DNA of 64,000 nucleotides, taken from assembly GCA_024281175.1 (NCBI GenBank), contig JAMJTW010000031.1:20100-84099 (forward strand), written 5' to 3'. A program made the translations under genes and the position numbers. Positions 35,763-46,109 of the stretch are shown one piece after another. Numbering within the stretch: the first letter of the stretch is position 1; every line of letters begins with the position of its first letter. This DNA comes from Candidatus Thiovulum imperiosus. Its GTDB lineage: Bacteria > Campylobacterota > Campylobacteria > Campylobacterales > Thiovulaceae. The notes under the pieces were generated by a model that saw only the letters and a list, made by a program, of their open reading frames with translations, did no database searches and was not told the DNA's origin.

Positions 35763-36095
35763 CTATTTCGTGAAAGAGATAAAACTTTTTACTAAAAAAT
35801 AGCTATTTTTCTTTTTTGTTGGAACAAACCAGTATCTAATTTCACCAACCTCTTTTCCAGTTTTAAATTTCTCCACTTTCAAAACTGGATAATCTATTCC
35901 ACCTTTAAAAAGTTGATTACAACTTAAAATCCTTTTCAACGAAAGGAAAGGTGCTTTCCAGAGAGAGTTGAAAAGAAACTGCTCTTTTGTATATTGTGAA
36001 CAAGTTGGATAGTATCGACAACTACCATAAGCTAAATGGGTTAGATATTTTTGATAAAAGAGAATTGGAAAAACGAAAAGTTTTTTAAAATTCAT
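35763..36095 (-). CDS. yidD: Membrane protein insertion efficiency factor YidD, with a C-terminal extension
   Basis: YQKYLTHLAYGSCRYYPTCSQY motif. About 40 extra C-terminal residues. The last 7 codons lie in the duplicated 28-mer. Confidence 0.85.
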   Translation of the reverse strand: MNFKKLFVFPILFYQKYLTHLAYGSCRYYPTCSQYTKEQFLFNSLWKAPFLSLKRILSCNQLFKGGIDYPVLKVEKFKTGKEVGEIRYWFVPTKKKNSYFLVKSFISFTK

Positions 36096-36109
36096 TTTTG
36101 GAATCAGAA

Positions 36110-36379
36110 TTAAATTTCTGATTCTTTTACTTCAAATTTCTGAAGTAATTTATCAACTTTTTTTATCTGTTCAAGTTGAATTTTGAGACTTTCTAAAAAG
36201 AGAACAACTATTGAAAGTAGAAAAAAGAAGAGAAATGTGATTATGATTGCTAGTGGAATTGAAGTGACTTGGAGAGAGATAAGAAGAATTGAGATAGTTC
36301 CAAAAACAACCATTGACCAAGAAACCCCCAAAAGGAGGTTTAGAAATTTTTCAAGTTTGTCTCTATTGACAAAAATCAT
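36110..36379 (-). CDS. Small membrane protein
   Basis: 89 aa with two hydrophobic helices and a charged C-terminal tail. Lies between atpB and yidD on the same strand. Confidence 0.5.
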   Translation of the reverse strand: MIFVNRDKLEKFLNLLLGVSWSMVVFGTISILLISLQVTSIPLAIIITFLFFFLLSIVVLFLESLKIQLEQIKKVDKLLQKFEVKESEI

Positions 36380-36385
36380 CTTTTT

Positions 36386-37066
36386 TTAATGTTCCTCGCT
36401 GATGTGAGTTGCTCCAGCCAAATAGACATAAGTAAGTATCATAATGATAAATGCTTGAAGAACACCAGAAAATGTTAGTAGTGCAAATGCAGGTAGTGGT
36501 GCAAACCAAGGAGCTAACATTAGGACAACAGCTAAAAAGAGATCATCACCTTTAATATTTCCAAAGAGTCGGAAAGAGAGAGAGATAATTCTACTAATAT
36601 GAGAGATGATTTCAATTGGGAACATCAACCAAGATAACCACCAAACTGGACCCATAAAGTGACCAAAATATTTTACAACTCCATTTCTTCGAATACCTTC
36701 AAAATTGTAGTAAACAAAAATTGAGATTGCTAAAGCTAATGTAAAATCTAAGAAACTTGAAGGAGACTCAAATCCTGGAACTATTCCAATAAAGTTTGAA
36801 ACAACAACAAAAAGTCCAAGAGTAGCGACAAGAGGGAGATATTTTCTAGCATCTTCTTTTCCAATAGTATCTCTACCCATTGCTAAAACGCCAGTTAGAA
36901 AAGCCTCCATAACATTTTGAACTCCAGTTGGAACTAATCTCATAGAAGTAACAGTCATTCTAGCTAAAAAAATTACAATGAGTGTTGCAAAAAGCATGTG
37001 AGCTAAATATACAAATTCGTGATTGTGAGAAATTGTACCAAAAAAGAGAAATAATCTTTCTTCCAC
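36386..37066 (-). CDS. atpB: F0F1 ATP synthase subunit a
   Basis: Polytopic protein with the conserved Arg block [15 protein letters not shown]. Confidence 0.9.
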   Translation of the reverse strand: MEERLFLFFGTISHNHEFVYLAHMLFATLIVIFLARMTVTSMRLVPTGVQNVMEAFLTGVLAMGRDTIGKEDARKYLPLVATLGLFVVVSNFIGIVPGFESPSSFLDFTLALAISIFVYYNFEGIRRNGVVKYFGHFMGPVWWLSWLMFPIEIISHISRIISLSFRLFGNIKGDDLFLAVVLMLAPWFAPLPAFALLTFSGVLQAFIIMILTYVYLAGATHISEEH

Positions 37067-37219
37067 TTACTTTATCCTTATTTTTTGGCAAATTATATCA
37101 GATTGGGGAGCTTTCGCTTAAGAAAAGAGATGGTGAAAATATTTTTAGTTTTTTTATATTATTCTATTTTATATCACTTTCCATATTTAAGATAAAATCT
37201 TACAAAAAGAGTGTAAAAG

Positions 37220-38506
37220 ATGAATATATTTTCAACTACTGATAGCGATTTTACCGATAAATTTGAAGAGATTTTAGGTCGAGGAAAGATGGATATAGAC
37301 GGTGTCACGGAGGTTGTCTCTTCTATTTTAAAATCTGTTAGAGAAGATGGAGATAAAGCCCTATTTCAAGATATTGAGAAGTTTGATAAGTGGAAACCTG
37401 AAAAGAGTGATGATTTAATAATTTCCCAAGATGAAATGAGAGCTGGATTTGACAGACTCTCTCCAGACCTTCAGAAAGCTCTTCGAGTAGCGTATAGTAG
37501 AATTGAAAAATATCATAAACAGCAGATGCCAAAAAGTTGGATAGATACAGAGAGTAGTGGAAATATTTTAGGACAAAAAGTTACACCTATTGAAAAAGCT
37601 GGACTCTATATTCCAGGAGGAAAAGCTATCTATCCATCTTCTCTACTAATGAATGCAATTCCTGCAAATGTCGCTGGAGTTAAAGAGATAGTTGTTTCAT
37701 CTCCAACACCACTAAATGAGGTTAGTGATATTCTTCTTGGTGCTGGATATATCTGTAACATTTCAGCTATCTATAAAGTTGGTGGTGCTTCAGCAATTGG
37801 AGCTATGGCTTATGGTACAGAGACAATACCAAAAGTTGATGTAATTACAGGTCCGGGAAATATCTTTGTTGCTACAGCTAAAAAACTTGTTTTTGGAGAT
37901 GTCCAAATTGATATGATTGCTGGACCGAGTGAGATTGGTGTGATTGCAGACAAAACAGCAAATCCAAATCATATTGCGATAGATTTACTATCTCAAGCTG
38001 AACATGATGAGATGGCAAGTTCTATTCTGATTACAGACTCACAAACTCTTGCTGATGAGGTTTCTAAAGAGGTGGAAATTTGGCTTCAGAAACTATCTCG
38101 AAGAGAGATAGCGGAAAAGTCCATTGTTGAGAGAGGTGCTATTATCGTAGTAAAAGATTTAGATGAGGCAATTTCACTTATGGATAGAATTGCTCCTGAG
38201 CATCTTGAAGTCGTAACAGAAAATCCATTCGATTTGTTGCCAAAAATCCAAAATGCTGGAGCGATATTTTTAGGAAAATATACACCTGAAGCGATTGGAG
38301 ATTATGTAGCTGGACCTAATCACACTCTTCCAACAGGTGGAAGTGCTAAATTCTTTTCACCTCTCTCTGTTGAACACTTTTTAAAGAAAAGCTCTATCAT
38401 CGCTTTTTCAAAAGAGGGGTTAGAAGAAGTTGGAAAAGATGTGATTGTTCTTGCTGAAACAGAGGGACTTGAAGCACATGCTCTATCTACAAAAGTGAGA
38501 TTGTGA
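37220..38506 (+). CDS. hisD: Histidinol dehydrogenase
   Basis: SQAEHDE and [15 protein letters not shown] motifs over the full length. Confidence 0.95.
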   Translation: MNIFSTTDSDFTDKFEEILGRGKMDIDGVTEVVSSILKSVREDGDKALFQDIEKFDKWKPEKSDDLIISQDEMRAGFDRLSPDLQKALRVAYSRIEKYHKQQMPKSWIDTESSGNILGQKVTPIEKAGLYIPGGKAIYPSSLLMNAIPANVAGVKEIVVSSPTPLNEVSDILLGAGYICNISAIYKVGGASAIGAMAYGTETIPKVDVITGPGNIFVATAKKLVFGDVQIDMIAGPSEIGVIADKTANPNHIAIDLLSQAEHDEMASSILITDSQTLADEVSKEVEIWLQKLSRREIAEKSIVERGAIIVVKDLDEAISLMDRIAPEHLEVVTENPFDLLPKIQNAGAIFLGKYTPEAIGDYVAGPNHTLPTGGSAKFFSPLSVEHFLKKSSIIAFSKEGLEEVGKDVIVLAETEGLEAHALSTKVRL

Positions 38507-39099
38507 AAGTTTTAAAAAGAGCTTTTGGGGAGTATCAGACAAACTGCTATATTTTGGATTTTGAAAATTTCCAATTTGTAGTAGACCCTGGAGTTGGAGC
38601 TTTCCAGTGGGTGAAAAGGGAAGTAAAAGACCTAAAAGGAATTCTTCTTACTCACGCTCACTTTGATCATATGTGGGACTCTTACAAAATAGCTGAAGAG
38701 TTTGGAGTTAAAATCTATCTTCACAAGCTCGATGAGGTTATTTTAAAAAATGACTTTTTTGGTAGAGGAGTTCCAAAGTATAGAGAGGACTTGGTAGAAC
38801 TTACAGACTTTTCCCTCTCCCTTTCTTCTATTCCTATCCTCTTTCACCACCTTCCAGGACATACACCTGGAAGCTCTATTTTAGAAATTGAAAACATATA
38901 CTTTTCAGGAGATGTACTTTTTAAAGGTTCTATTGGAAGATTTGATTTTCCTTTCTCAAGTAGAGATGATATGAGAAGAAGTTTGGAAAAAGTTTTAAAG
39001 TTACAAAACTTTCCAGTTTTTCCTGGTCATGGGGAAAACACATTTTTGGAATTAGAGAAAAATAGTTTAAGGAATTTTATTTATGGATTATCTACTTAA
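38503..39099 (+). CDS. MBL-fold metallo-hydrolase (glyoxalase II/YcbL-like)
   Basis: THAHFDH, GHTPGS and GDVLF motifs. Overlaps hisD by 4 nt. Confidence 0.85.
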   Translation: MKVLKRAFGEYQTNCYILDFENFQFVVDPGVGAFQWVKREVKDLKGILLTHAHFDHMWDSYKIAEEFGVKIYLHKLDEVILKNDFFGRGVPKYREDLVELTDFSLSLSSIPILFHHLPGHTPGSSILEIENIYFSGDVLFKGSIGRFDFPFSSRDDMRRSLEKVLKLQNFPVFPGHGENTFLELEKNSLRNFIYGLST

Positions 39100-39853
39100 A
39101 GTTTTGGGTTCTGGTGGAAGCAAAACAAAGACAAATGCAACTGTATCACTTCAGATAGCTGATAATATGCTAATTGACGCTGGAAATATATTTCAGAAAT
39201 ATGAATTTGATACAAATAAGATAGAACATGTTTTTATCTCTCACTCTCACTTCGACCACATTTTAGAACTGCCATTTCTAATTGAGAATGGTTTTACTAC
39301 AAGAACAAAACAGCTCCATATTTACGGTCTGCAAGATACTATTGCAAATATAAAGAAGTTTATGTTTAATGACTATATTTGGCCTGATTTCTCTCTAATT
39401 CCTCTGCTAACAACTGGTGAAAAATCTATCGTATTCAACGAAATCGAGTTTGGAACAACACTTTATATAAATGATATTTCAATTACTCCAATTCCAGCAA
39501 ATCATATTGTTCCAACAGCAGGTTTTGTCATTGAGAAGAATGATAGAGCTTTCGCTTTAAGTAGTGATACTTATCTAAATAATGATTTTTGGAAAACTAT
39601 AAATGAGAATAGAAAGATAGATACAGTTTTAGTTGAAATCTCTTTTGAGTCTGCATTAAATGGACTTGCACAAATTAGCAAACATCTTACACCACAACTT
39701 TTAGATAGGGAGTTGGAGAAGTTGAAAAGAGATGATTTGGAGATATATATCTACCATGTAAAAGAGAGTAGTATTCCTGCTGTAACAGAGGAATTAAAGA
39801 ACTATTCAAATCTAAAAAAATTTGATGTGAAATTTCTTCCAGAACAGTTATGA
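39083..39853 (+). CDS. MBL-fold hydrolase, possibly class II cyclic-nucleotide phosphodiesterase-like
   Basis: ISHSHFDHILELPFL motif. Overlaps the upstream gene by 17 nt and the downstream gene by 4 nt. Confidence 0.65.
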   Translation: MDYLLKVLGSGGSKTKTNATVSLQIADNMLIDAGNIFQKYEFDTNKIEHVFISHSHFDHILELPFLIENGFTTRTKQLHIYGLQDTIANIKKFMFNDYIWPDFSLIPLLTTGEKSIVFNEIEFGTTLYINDISITPIPANHIVPTAGFVIEKNDRAFALSSDTYLNNDFWKTINENRKIDTVLVEISFESALNGLAQISKHLTPQLLDRELEKLKRDDLEIYIYHVKESSIPAVTEELKNYSNLKKFDVKFLPEQL

Positions 39854-41481
39854 AAACTTTACTATTTTTAATTTTTAACTCTCTTCTCTTAGCAGATAGC
39901 TCATTTTCACTTTTAGGAGAGAAGAAGTATGATGAAAATTTCACTCATTTTGAATATAGCAATCCAGAAGCTCCAAAAGGTGGAGATATTATTTTTGGAG
40001 TTTTTGGAACTTATGACTCTCTAAATCATTTCAATTTGAGAGGTGAAACAGTCCAAGGTTTAGAACTCATTTACGATACTCTTTTTGTAAAATCTGGTGA
40101 TGAAATCGCTTCCTATTATGGTCTTTTGGCTAAGGATATAAATATCTCTTCTGATTGGAAATCTGTTATTTTTACAATTCATGAAGATGCAAGATTTTCA
40201 GATGGAAAATCCGTTTTAGCAGAAGATGTGAACTTTACTTTTCAAACTCTACTTACAAAAGGTTCTCCTATCTATAAAGCTCACTTAAGAGGAGTTGGCA
40301 AAATAGAGATTTTGGGAGAGAGAAAGATAAAATTTGAAGTTGATAAGAAAGACCTCATCACCACAATTTCTACAATAAAGATTTTCTCAAAAGAGTTTTT
40401 TAACAATGATATACCCGTAGGTAGTGGAGCTTATAAAATAGAGAAGAATGATTTTGGAAGTTCTATAAAATATATTCGAAGAGATGATTACTGGGGAAAA
40501 GATTTAAGTCCAAATGTTGGAAAATACAATTTTGACTCTATCACTTATGACTACTATCGAGATGAAAATGTCCTTTTTGAAGCTCTAAAATCTCTACGAT
40601 ACCACTTTCGATATGAAAATATCTCCAAAAATTGGGTAACAGGATATGATGGACTCCAAGAGAAATTTACAATAGAGGAGATACCTCATAAACTCTCTCA
40701 AGGAATGCAGGGATTTTGGTTCAATACTCGACTTCCAAAATTCCAAGATGTCAAAATTCGACAAGGTATAGCTTTAGCTTTCGATTTTGAATGGGCAAAC
40801 AGAAATCTATTTTATGGACAATATAAGAGAAGCAATAGTTTCTTCTCAAATTCAATTTTCGATTCAAAAGAGTTTCAGATGCCAGAAGCTGGTGGTAGTT
40901 ATCAAATAAGACCATCTCTTCGAAAAGCGATGAGGTTACTAATCTCTGCTGGTTGCTACTTACAAAATGGAAAACTCTATCTTCCAAATGGTGAACAACT
41001 CAAATTCACTCTTCTTTTAGGTTCGAGTGGTTTTGTAAAAGTTGCCCTACCTTTTAAACGAAATCTTGGAAAACTTGGTATAGATTTGGAAATAGAAGTT
41101 GTAGACCCTTCTCAATACTATCTGAAATATAAGAAATTTGAATTTGATATGGTTGTTAGAACTCTCTGGCAACCTCTCCTTGTTGGTAGTGAACAGTTTA
41201 GTTATTGGCACTCAAGTTTAGCAAAAGTTGAAGGAAGTCAAAATCTTTCTGGAATTGAGAATCAAAAGATAGATTCCTTAATTGAAAAAATTGGAAATAG
41301 TGAAAATTTTATAGAGTTACAAAGTTTAGTTTTTGAATTAGATAGAGAACTTTTAAAAAATTTTTATGTGATTCCCCATTGGCACATCGATAAATTTAGA
41401 GTTGCTTACTGGAAAAGAGTTCACCGTCCAGAAATTTCACCACTGTATGATTTAAATATAGAGAATTGGTGGTTTGAGTAG
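39850..41481 (+). CDS. ABC transporter substrate-binding protein, family 5 (peptide/nickel/YejA-like), with no cognate permease genes nearby
   Basis: Signal peptide, then FEYSNPEAPKGGDIIFGVFGTYDSLN, typical of family-5 SBPs. 543 aa. Confidence 0.8.
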   Translation: MKTLLFLIFNSLLLADSSFSLLGEKKYDENFTHFEYSNPEAPKGGDIIFGVFGTYDSLNHFNLRGETVQGLELIYDTLFVKSGDEIASYYGLLAKDINISSDWKSVIFTIHEDARFSDGKSVLAEDVNFTFQTLLTKGSPIYKAHLRGVGKIEILGERKIKFEVDKKDLITTISTIKIFSKEFFNNDIPVGSGAYKIEKNDFGSSIKYIRRDDYWGKDLSPNVGKYNFDSITYDYYRDENVLFEALKSLRYHFRYENISKNWVTGYDGLQEKFTIEEIPHKLSQGMQGFWFNTRLPKFQDVKIRQGIALAFDFEWANRNLFYGQYKRSNSFFSNSIFDSKEFQMPEAGGSYQIRPSLRKAMRLLISAGCYLQNGKLYLPNGEQLKFTLLLGSSGFVKVALPFKRNLGKLGIDLEIEVVDPSQYYLKYKKFEFDMVVRTLWQPLLVGSEQFSYWHSSLAKVEGSQNLSGIENQKIDSLIEKIGNSENFIELQSLVFELDRELLKNFYVIPHWHIDKFRVAYWKRVHRPEISPLYDLNIENWWFE

Positions 41482-41518
41482 ACAGAAGATTTAAAAAGGC
41501 GATGAGGTCGTAAAAACC

Positions 41519-41992
41519 TCATCGTTCAAGAGCAACAACACCACTTCGAATTATTTCAATTGGGTTGTATTTCTGAATTGCTTTTATAAAATAGGCAACT
41601 CTAGTTGGTTCATCTGCAACCATACAAATGATAGAACCATCGCCAACATTTACAATTTTCCCGTTGTAGGCTCTTGCGAGAGCATCAACATCGGAGAGAC
41701 TCTCTTCAATTGGAACTTTTACAAGAGCCATCTCTTTCTCAACAAAGTCATCTTTCTCAACAACTTTGAGAACTGGAATAAGTTTGTTTAATTGCTTCTC
41801 AATTTGAGTAACAGTTTTACAACTACCATAAGTCTCAATTGTAAGTCTTGAAAGTCCGCTATCATTTGGAACTGGTGCTACTGTAAGAGACTCTATATTA
41901 TAGCCTCGTCCTGCAAAAAGTCCAGAAATTCTTGCAAGAACACTTGACTCATTCTGAACAATAACTGAAATTATATGTCTATCTTCTCTCAT
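41519..41992 (-). CDS. ilvN: Acetolactate synthase small (regulatory) subunit
   Basis: HIISVIVQNESSVLARISGLFAGRGYNIESL ACT-domain block. Lies immediately downstream of the large subunit. Confidence 0.95.
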   Translation of the reverse strand: MREDRHIISVIVQNESSVLARISGLFAGRGYNIESLTVAPVPNDSGLSRLTIETYGSCKTVTQIEKQLNKLIPVLKVVEKDDFVEKEMALVKVPIEESLSDVDALARAYNGKIVNVGDGSIICMVADEPTRVAYFIKAIQKYNPIEIIRSGVVALER

Positions 41993-41995
41993 TTT

Positions 41996-43672
41996 CTACC
42001 TTAACATCATATTGTAGAGTGAACCACCAGCAGGAACCATTGGCATAACATTCTCTCTTCTATCAACTTTTACATCAATTAGAGCAACAACATTTCTCTT
42101 TTCAGCATCTAAAAGTGCCTTTTCAAGCTCTTCCATAGTTTCAACTCTATATCCAACACCACCAAAACTCTCTACAAGTTTTACAAAGTCTGGTTGAACT
42201 GTAAGGTCTGTTTCAGAGATACGGTCGTCATAAAATAGAGTTTGCCACTGTCGAACCATTCCTAAATAGTTGTTGTTCAAAATCACATTTACAACTGGAA
42301 GTTCATACTCAACAGCAGTCATAAGCTCTTGAATATTCATGAGAATTGAACCATCTCCTGTAACATTTACAGCAACTCTATCTCTATCTCCAGCTTTAAC
42401 ACCCATTGCTCCAGGAAAACCGAAGCCCATTGTTCCAAGTCCGCCAGAAGTGTTAAATTGTCTAGGTCGAGAGAATGGATAGAATTGAGCAGCCCACATC
42501 TGGTGTTGTCCAACATCAGTTGAGATATTTGCTCTATCTCCAAAAACTTCACCAATCTTCTCTATCACCTCTTGCGGTTTGATAGCTTCACCTTTATCAT
42601 ATCCGAGTGGGTGCAACTTATCGTTCTTCTCTATCGCATCTCGCCAATCTTCAAACTGCTCTGGCTCTATTTCTGTAATTAGAGGCAACATATCTGTTAA
42701 AACAGAGTGTAAATCTCCAATGATTGGATAGTGCGAAGCCACGAGCTTATCAACAGAACTCGGGTCGATATCAACATGAATTATCTTCGCCTCTTTTGCA
42801 AATTCTGAAAGTTTTCCCGTAACCCTATCATCAAATCTAGGACCAAAAGAGATAAGCAAATCAGCTTCACTCATAGCTATATTTGCAGCGTAACTACCGT
42901 GCATTCCTACCATAGAAATTAGAAGTGGATTTGTACTTCCCATAACTCCTCTAGCCATAAGAGTCTCAACAGCTGGAATTCCAGTTTTTTCAGCAAACTC
43001 TCTAACAAGATTTCCAGAATTAGACTGTACAACACCACCACCAACATAAAGAAGAGGTCTTTTTGAAGATTTGATAGCTTCTACTGCATTTTTAATTTTC
43101 TCTAAATCACCCTTGAATGCTGGATTGTAAGTTGGAATTTCAGCTTTGTCTGGATAGACAAATTCAGTAATTTGAGCAGAAACATCTTTTGGAATATCAA
43201 CATGTACTGGTCCAGGTCTTCCACTTCTTGCGATATAGAACGCCTCTTTAATTACTCTTGGTAAATCTTTTGCATCTGTAACAAGATAGTTGTGTTTTGT
43301 ACAAGCTCTACTAATCCCAACAGCATCAATCTCTTGAAAAGCGTCTGTTCCGATAAGAGCCATTGGAACTTGTCCTGAAATAACAACAATTGGAACGGAG
43401 TCCATATAAGCGTCAGCAAGACCCGTAACAGCATTTGTAAATCCGGGACCACTTGTTACTATCGCTACACCAACTTCTCCTGTAACTTTTGCAAATCCCT
43501 CTGCTGCATGTATAGCTGCCTGTTCGTGTCTTGTCAATACATGTTTTATATCATCTTGCTTATAGAGTTCATCATAAACATTCATTATAGCTCCACCAGG
43601 GTAACCAAAAACTGTATCTATTCCCTCCCTTTTAAGGGCTTCAACAACCATTCTTGAACCACTTATTTCCAT
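41996..43672 (-). CDS. ilvB: Acetolactate synthase large subunit (biosynthetic type)
   Basis: ThDP motif GDGS...NNNYLGMV and an N-terminal pyrimidine-binding domain (FGYPGGAIMNVYD). Confidence 0.95.
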   Translation of the reverse strand: MEISGSRMVVEALKREGIDTVFGYPGGAIMNVYDELYKQDDIKHVLTRHEQAAIHAAEGFAKVTGEVGVAIVTSGPGFTNAVTGLADAYMDSVPIVVISGQVPMALIGTDAFQEIDAVGISRACTKHNYLVTDAKDLPRVIKEAFYIARSGRPGPVHVDIPKDVSAQITEFVYPDKAEIPTYNPAFKGDLEKIKNAVEAIKSSKRPLLYVGGGVVQSNSGNLVREFAEKTGIPAVETLMARGVMGSTNPLLISMVGMHGSYAANIAMSEADLLISFGPRFDDRVTGKLSEFAKEAKIIHVDIDPSSVDKLVASHYPIIGDLHSVLTDMLPLITEIEPEQFEDWRDAIEKNDKLHPLGYDKGEAIKPQEVIEKIGEVFGDRANISTDVGQHQMWAAQFYPFSRPRQFNTSGGLGTMGFGFPGAMGVKAGDRDRVAVNVTGDGSILMNIQELMTAVEYELPVVNVILNNNYLGMVRQWQTLFYDDRISETDLTVQPDFVKLVESFGGVGYRVETMEELEKALLDAEKRNVVALIDVKVDRRENVMPMVPAGGSLYNMMLR

Positions 43673-43758
43673 GGAAGCCTCCTATAATTTCTAAAAAAGT
43701 TTTGACATTATAGTAAAAATGTGGTAGACATATCTGATTTTGTACAGGTAAGTGAAAT

Positions 43759-44214
43759 TTAAAATAAACTTTCAGGCTGAATAACTCTATTCTCCTTATC
43801 TACAACTTTCCAATAGAGTTTTTCATCAATAATTCTCAATTTAATACCAAACTCAATATCATCTTGTTCTAAAATATTTGAGATAGGAATATAGTTTGGA
43901 AAAAGAATTTGAAATTTTTTATCAACGATTTCTAAGAGTTCTCTATATTCACCACTACTTAAAATAGTTTCAAAATCTTGTTGAGTGCTATTGTGAATTG
44001 CATAAATAATTATAAGAAGCATTGCAAAAACCAAGAGTTCATCTGAGTCTGTACACCAACAACTTACACCTGAATTCCAAAAATTTACTACTTCCATATC
44101 CACAATTCCAATTTTTGAGGAAGTAGTAAGTTTTGGCAGAGGACTCTTTTCAACACAACTTATAAATAAAAGTGTAACTAGAAAAAGCAGAAAACTCTTT
44201 TTAAGCCAATCCAT
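43759..44214 (-). CDS. Hypothetical lipoprotein
   Basis: Signal peptide with lipobox LLFISC. No family recognised. Confidence 0.5.
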   Translation of the reverse strand: MDWLKKSFLLFLVTLLFISCVEKSPLPKLTTSSKIGIVDMEVVNFWNSGVSCWCTDSDELLVFAMLLIIIYAIHNSTQQDFETILSSGEYRELLEIVDKKFQILFPNYIPISNILEQDDIEFGIKLRIIDEKLYWKVVDKENRVIQPESLF

Positions 44215-44274
44215 TTAAAATATACTCAAAGACCTTATCATTCATAGCACCTCATCATTCATAGCTTCCATTTT

Positions 44275-45672
44275 TTAAATATTGTCAAACTCATTTATAA
44301 GTTTTATAGGAGATAGTGAAAAGCTGTTTCCTTGATAAAGTTTTGAAGCCTTACCATGAGCCAGACTACCTGATATAGTTGCATCTAAAGGTGAATAACC
44401 TTGAGCAATTAAAGCACCAATCATTCCAGCAAGAACATCACCACTACCAGCTTTTGCAAGGTTTGGTTCACCAAGAGTATCAAAATAGAGGTCTCCATCT
44501 CCAGCAATAATTCTATTTGCACCTTTTAAAAGTAGAGTTACATTTGGATATCTATCAGAGAACATCTGAACAAGTTCAACTCTCTTTTCAACAACTTCAC
44601 TAACTGTAAACTTTTTATCAAAGAGGTGAAAGAGCATAGAGGCAAACTCTTTCGGGTGAGGAGTTAAAACTATGTCAAGTGGTCTGGTGGAGAGTATTTT
44701 TAAAATAGATGGTTCATGTAGAGCATCAGCATCTAAAACAAGAGGAATAGATGAATTGAGAATTGTATCTCTAAAGTGGTCAAGCCCAACTTTACCAAGT
44801 CCCATTCCAGCAATAATTACAGAACTATTTTCAGGAACTTCTCTACTCTGCATAAGTTCAAAAGGTAACTCTCTTTTTATTACGCTGACTACTGAGACAA
44901 GACCAGCACCAAAGTTTAGAGAAGCTAAAGCTGAAATAGTTGAAGCACCCTCTCTCTCTCCACTTAAAACAGCAACATGTCCATAACTTCCTTTATGCGT
45001 AGCTTTTTTAGTTCGATGAGGTAGCTTTATATCACTCTCTTCTAAATTGAAAAATGATTTTTTGCTCTCATACATTTTTCTTGAAATTCCTAAATCTGCA
45101 ACCAAAACCTCTCCAACCAAATCTTTTGCAACATCAGAAAATAGAGCTATTTTTAAAGCACCCATAGTAATAGTAACATCTGACTTTACTGCAACTTTAT
45201 CAACATTTCCAAAAGAGTCTACTCCTGAAGGAATGTCACAAGCTATCTTAAAACCTTTGAAAGAGTTTATATCATTTATAATAGAACTAAATTTATCTGT
45301 TATTGGAGTTTTAAGTCCACTACCAAAAAGAGCATCAAGAATTATATCTCCATCTTCCAGTTTGTAAATTCTCTCAACTCCAACAGCTAAAGCTCTTTTA
45401 AGTTGAAATCTTGCAAGTTCACTTTTTGGTGGTGCTGAGAGATAGAGTTTTACTCTAAAATCACCACAAAGCTGTCTTGCTACAACTATACCATCTGCTC
45501 CATTGTGTCCAGAACCACTAACAACTACTAAACTACTACCTTTTGGAAATCTATTTTTAATGTAATTAGAGATTGTTGTTGAGGCATTTTCCATCAAAAT
45601 CTCTTCAGTTAAAAATATGTCGCTATAACAGAAATTATCAAGAGTGTGAACCTCTTTAAAAACTTTTTCCAA
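44275..45672 (-). CDS. nnr: Bifunctional NAD(P)H-hydrate repair enzyme (epimerase/ADP-dependent dehydratase)
   Basis: N-terminal YjeF_N motif GSGHNGADG. C-terminal kinase-like domain with GSGDVLAGMIG. Confidence 0.9.
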   Translation of the reverse strand: MEKVFKEVHTLDNFCYSDIFLTEEILMENASTTISNYIKNRFPKGSSLVVVSGSGHNGADGIVVARQLCGDFRVKLYLSAPPKSELARFQLKRALAVGVERIYKLEDGDIILDALFGSGLKTPITDKFSSIINDINSFKGFKIACDIPSGVDSFGNVDKVAVKSDVTITMGALKIALFSDVAKDLVGEVLVADLGISRKMYESKKSFFNLEESDIKLPHRTKKATHKGSYGHVAVLSGEREGASTISALASLNFGAGLVSVVSVIKRELPFELMQSREVPENSSVIIAGMGLGKVGLDHFRDTILNSSIPLVLDADALHEPSILKILSTRPLDIVLTPHPKEFASMLFHLFDKKFTVSEVVEKRVELVQMFSDRYPNVTLLLKGANRIIAGDGDLYFDTLGEPNLAKAGSGDVLAGMIGALIAQGYSPLDATISGSLAHGKASKLYQGNSFSLSPIKLINEFDNI

Positions 45673-45764
45673 TTCCTCTCCTTTTTAAAACTTATATAAA
45701 TTTGAAACTTATAAGTAGAGTATTCTCTTAAAGAATTTTAGCTAAGATATTGGTTCTAAAATCA

Positions 45765-45936
45765 GGTGTGACCAAATAGCTGTTCTTGTCACCTCGACTG
45801 GAGCATCGCAGAATGGAGAGGTCTCACTTCCAAGATTTCTCGAGTAGCTCGAAATAACGGTGTTCTTGGATTTCTATTAAGTTATTACAAAAATTTAGTT
45901 TCCAAAAGATGAAAATCTTCTATTTGGTCATTTCCC
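45765..45936. mobile_element. MITE-like element, 172 bp, variant internal sequence
   Basis: GGTGTGACCAAATAG ... GTCACCTCGACTGGAGC...GAGAGGTCTC / AAGATTTCTCGAGTAGCTCGAAATAAC ... CTATTTGGTCATTTCCC. Confidence 0.6.
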
Positions 45937-46055
45937 TCAAATCATGCTTTTAGAAATTAGGTTTTAAAAAGCGAAATAGCTAAAAATAGTTTCTATTTTA
46001 TCACTAAAATTGTGTTAATAAAGCAAAAGATAATACTATTATAGTGATACTTTTA

Positions 46056-46064
46056 TGATATAAT
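46056..46064 (+). promoter_or_regulatory. Extended -10 promoter element upstream of cheY
   Basis: TGATATAAT (TGnTATAAT) lies 46 nt upstream of the cheY TTG start in an AT-rich tract. The RBS AAGGGAG is at 46099-46105. Confidence 0.4.
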
Positions 46065-46109
46065 CGCAAGAACATTTTAAAGAAATTATCTAGCATAAAG
46101 GGAGCTTTC

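Noticed and set aside
39850-41481. The family-5 substrate-binding protein as the nickel-binding NikA partner of the urease system
   Set aside because: Family-5 SBPs bind many ligands. There are no nik permease genes nearby and no diagnostic residues I can verify by eye.
44237-44265. 12-bp direct repeat ATCATTCATAGC, two copies at 17-bp spacing, between nnr and the lipoprotein gene
   Set aside because: It is too short and isolated to interpret, and it could be chance or a minor slippage product.
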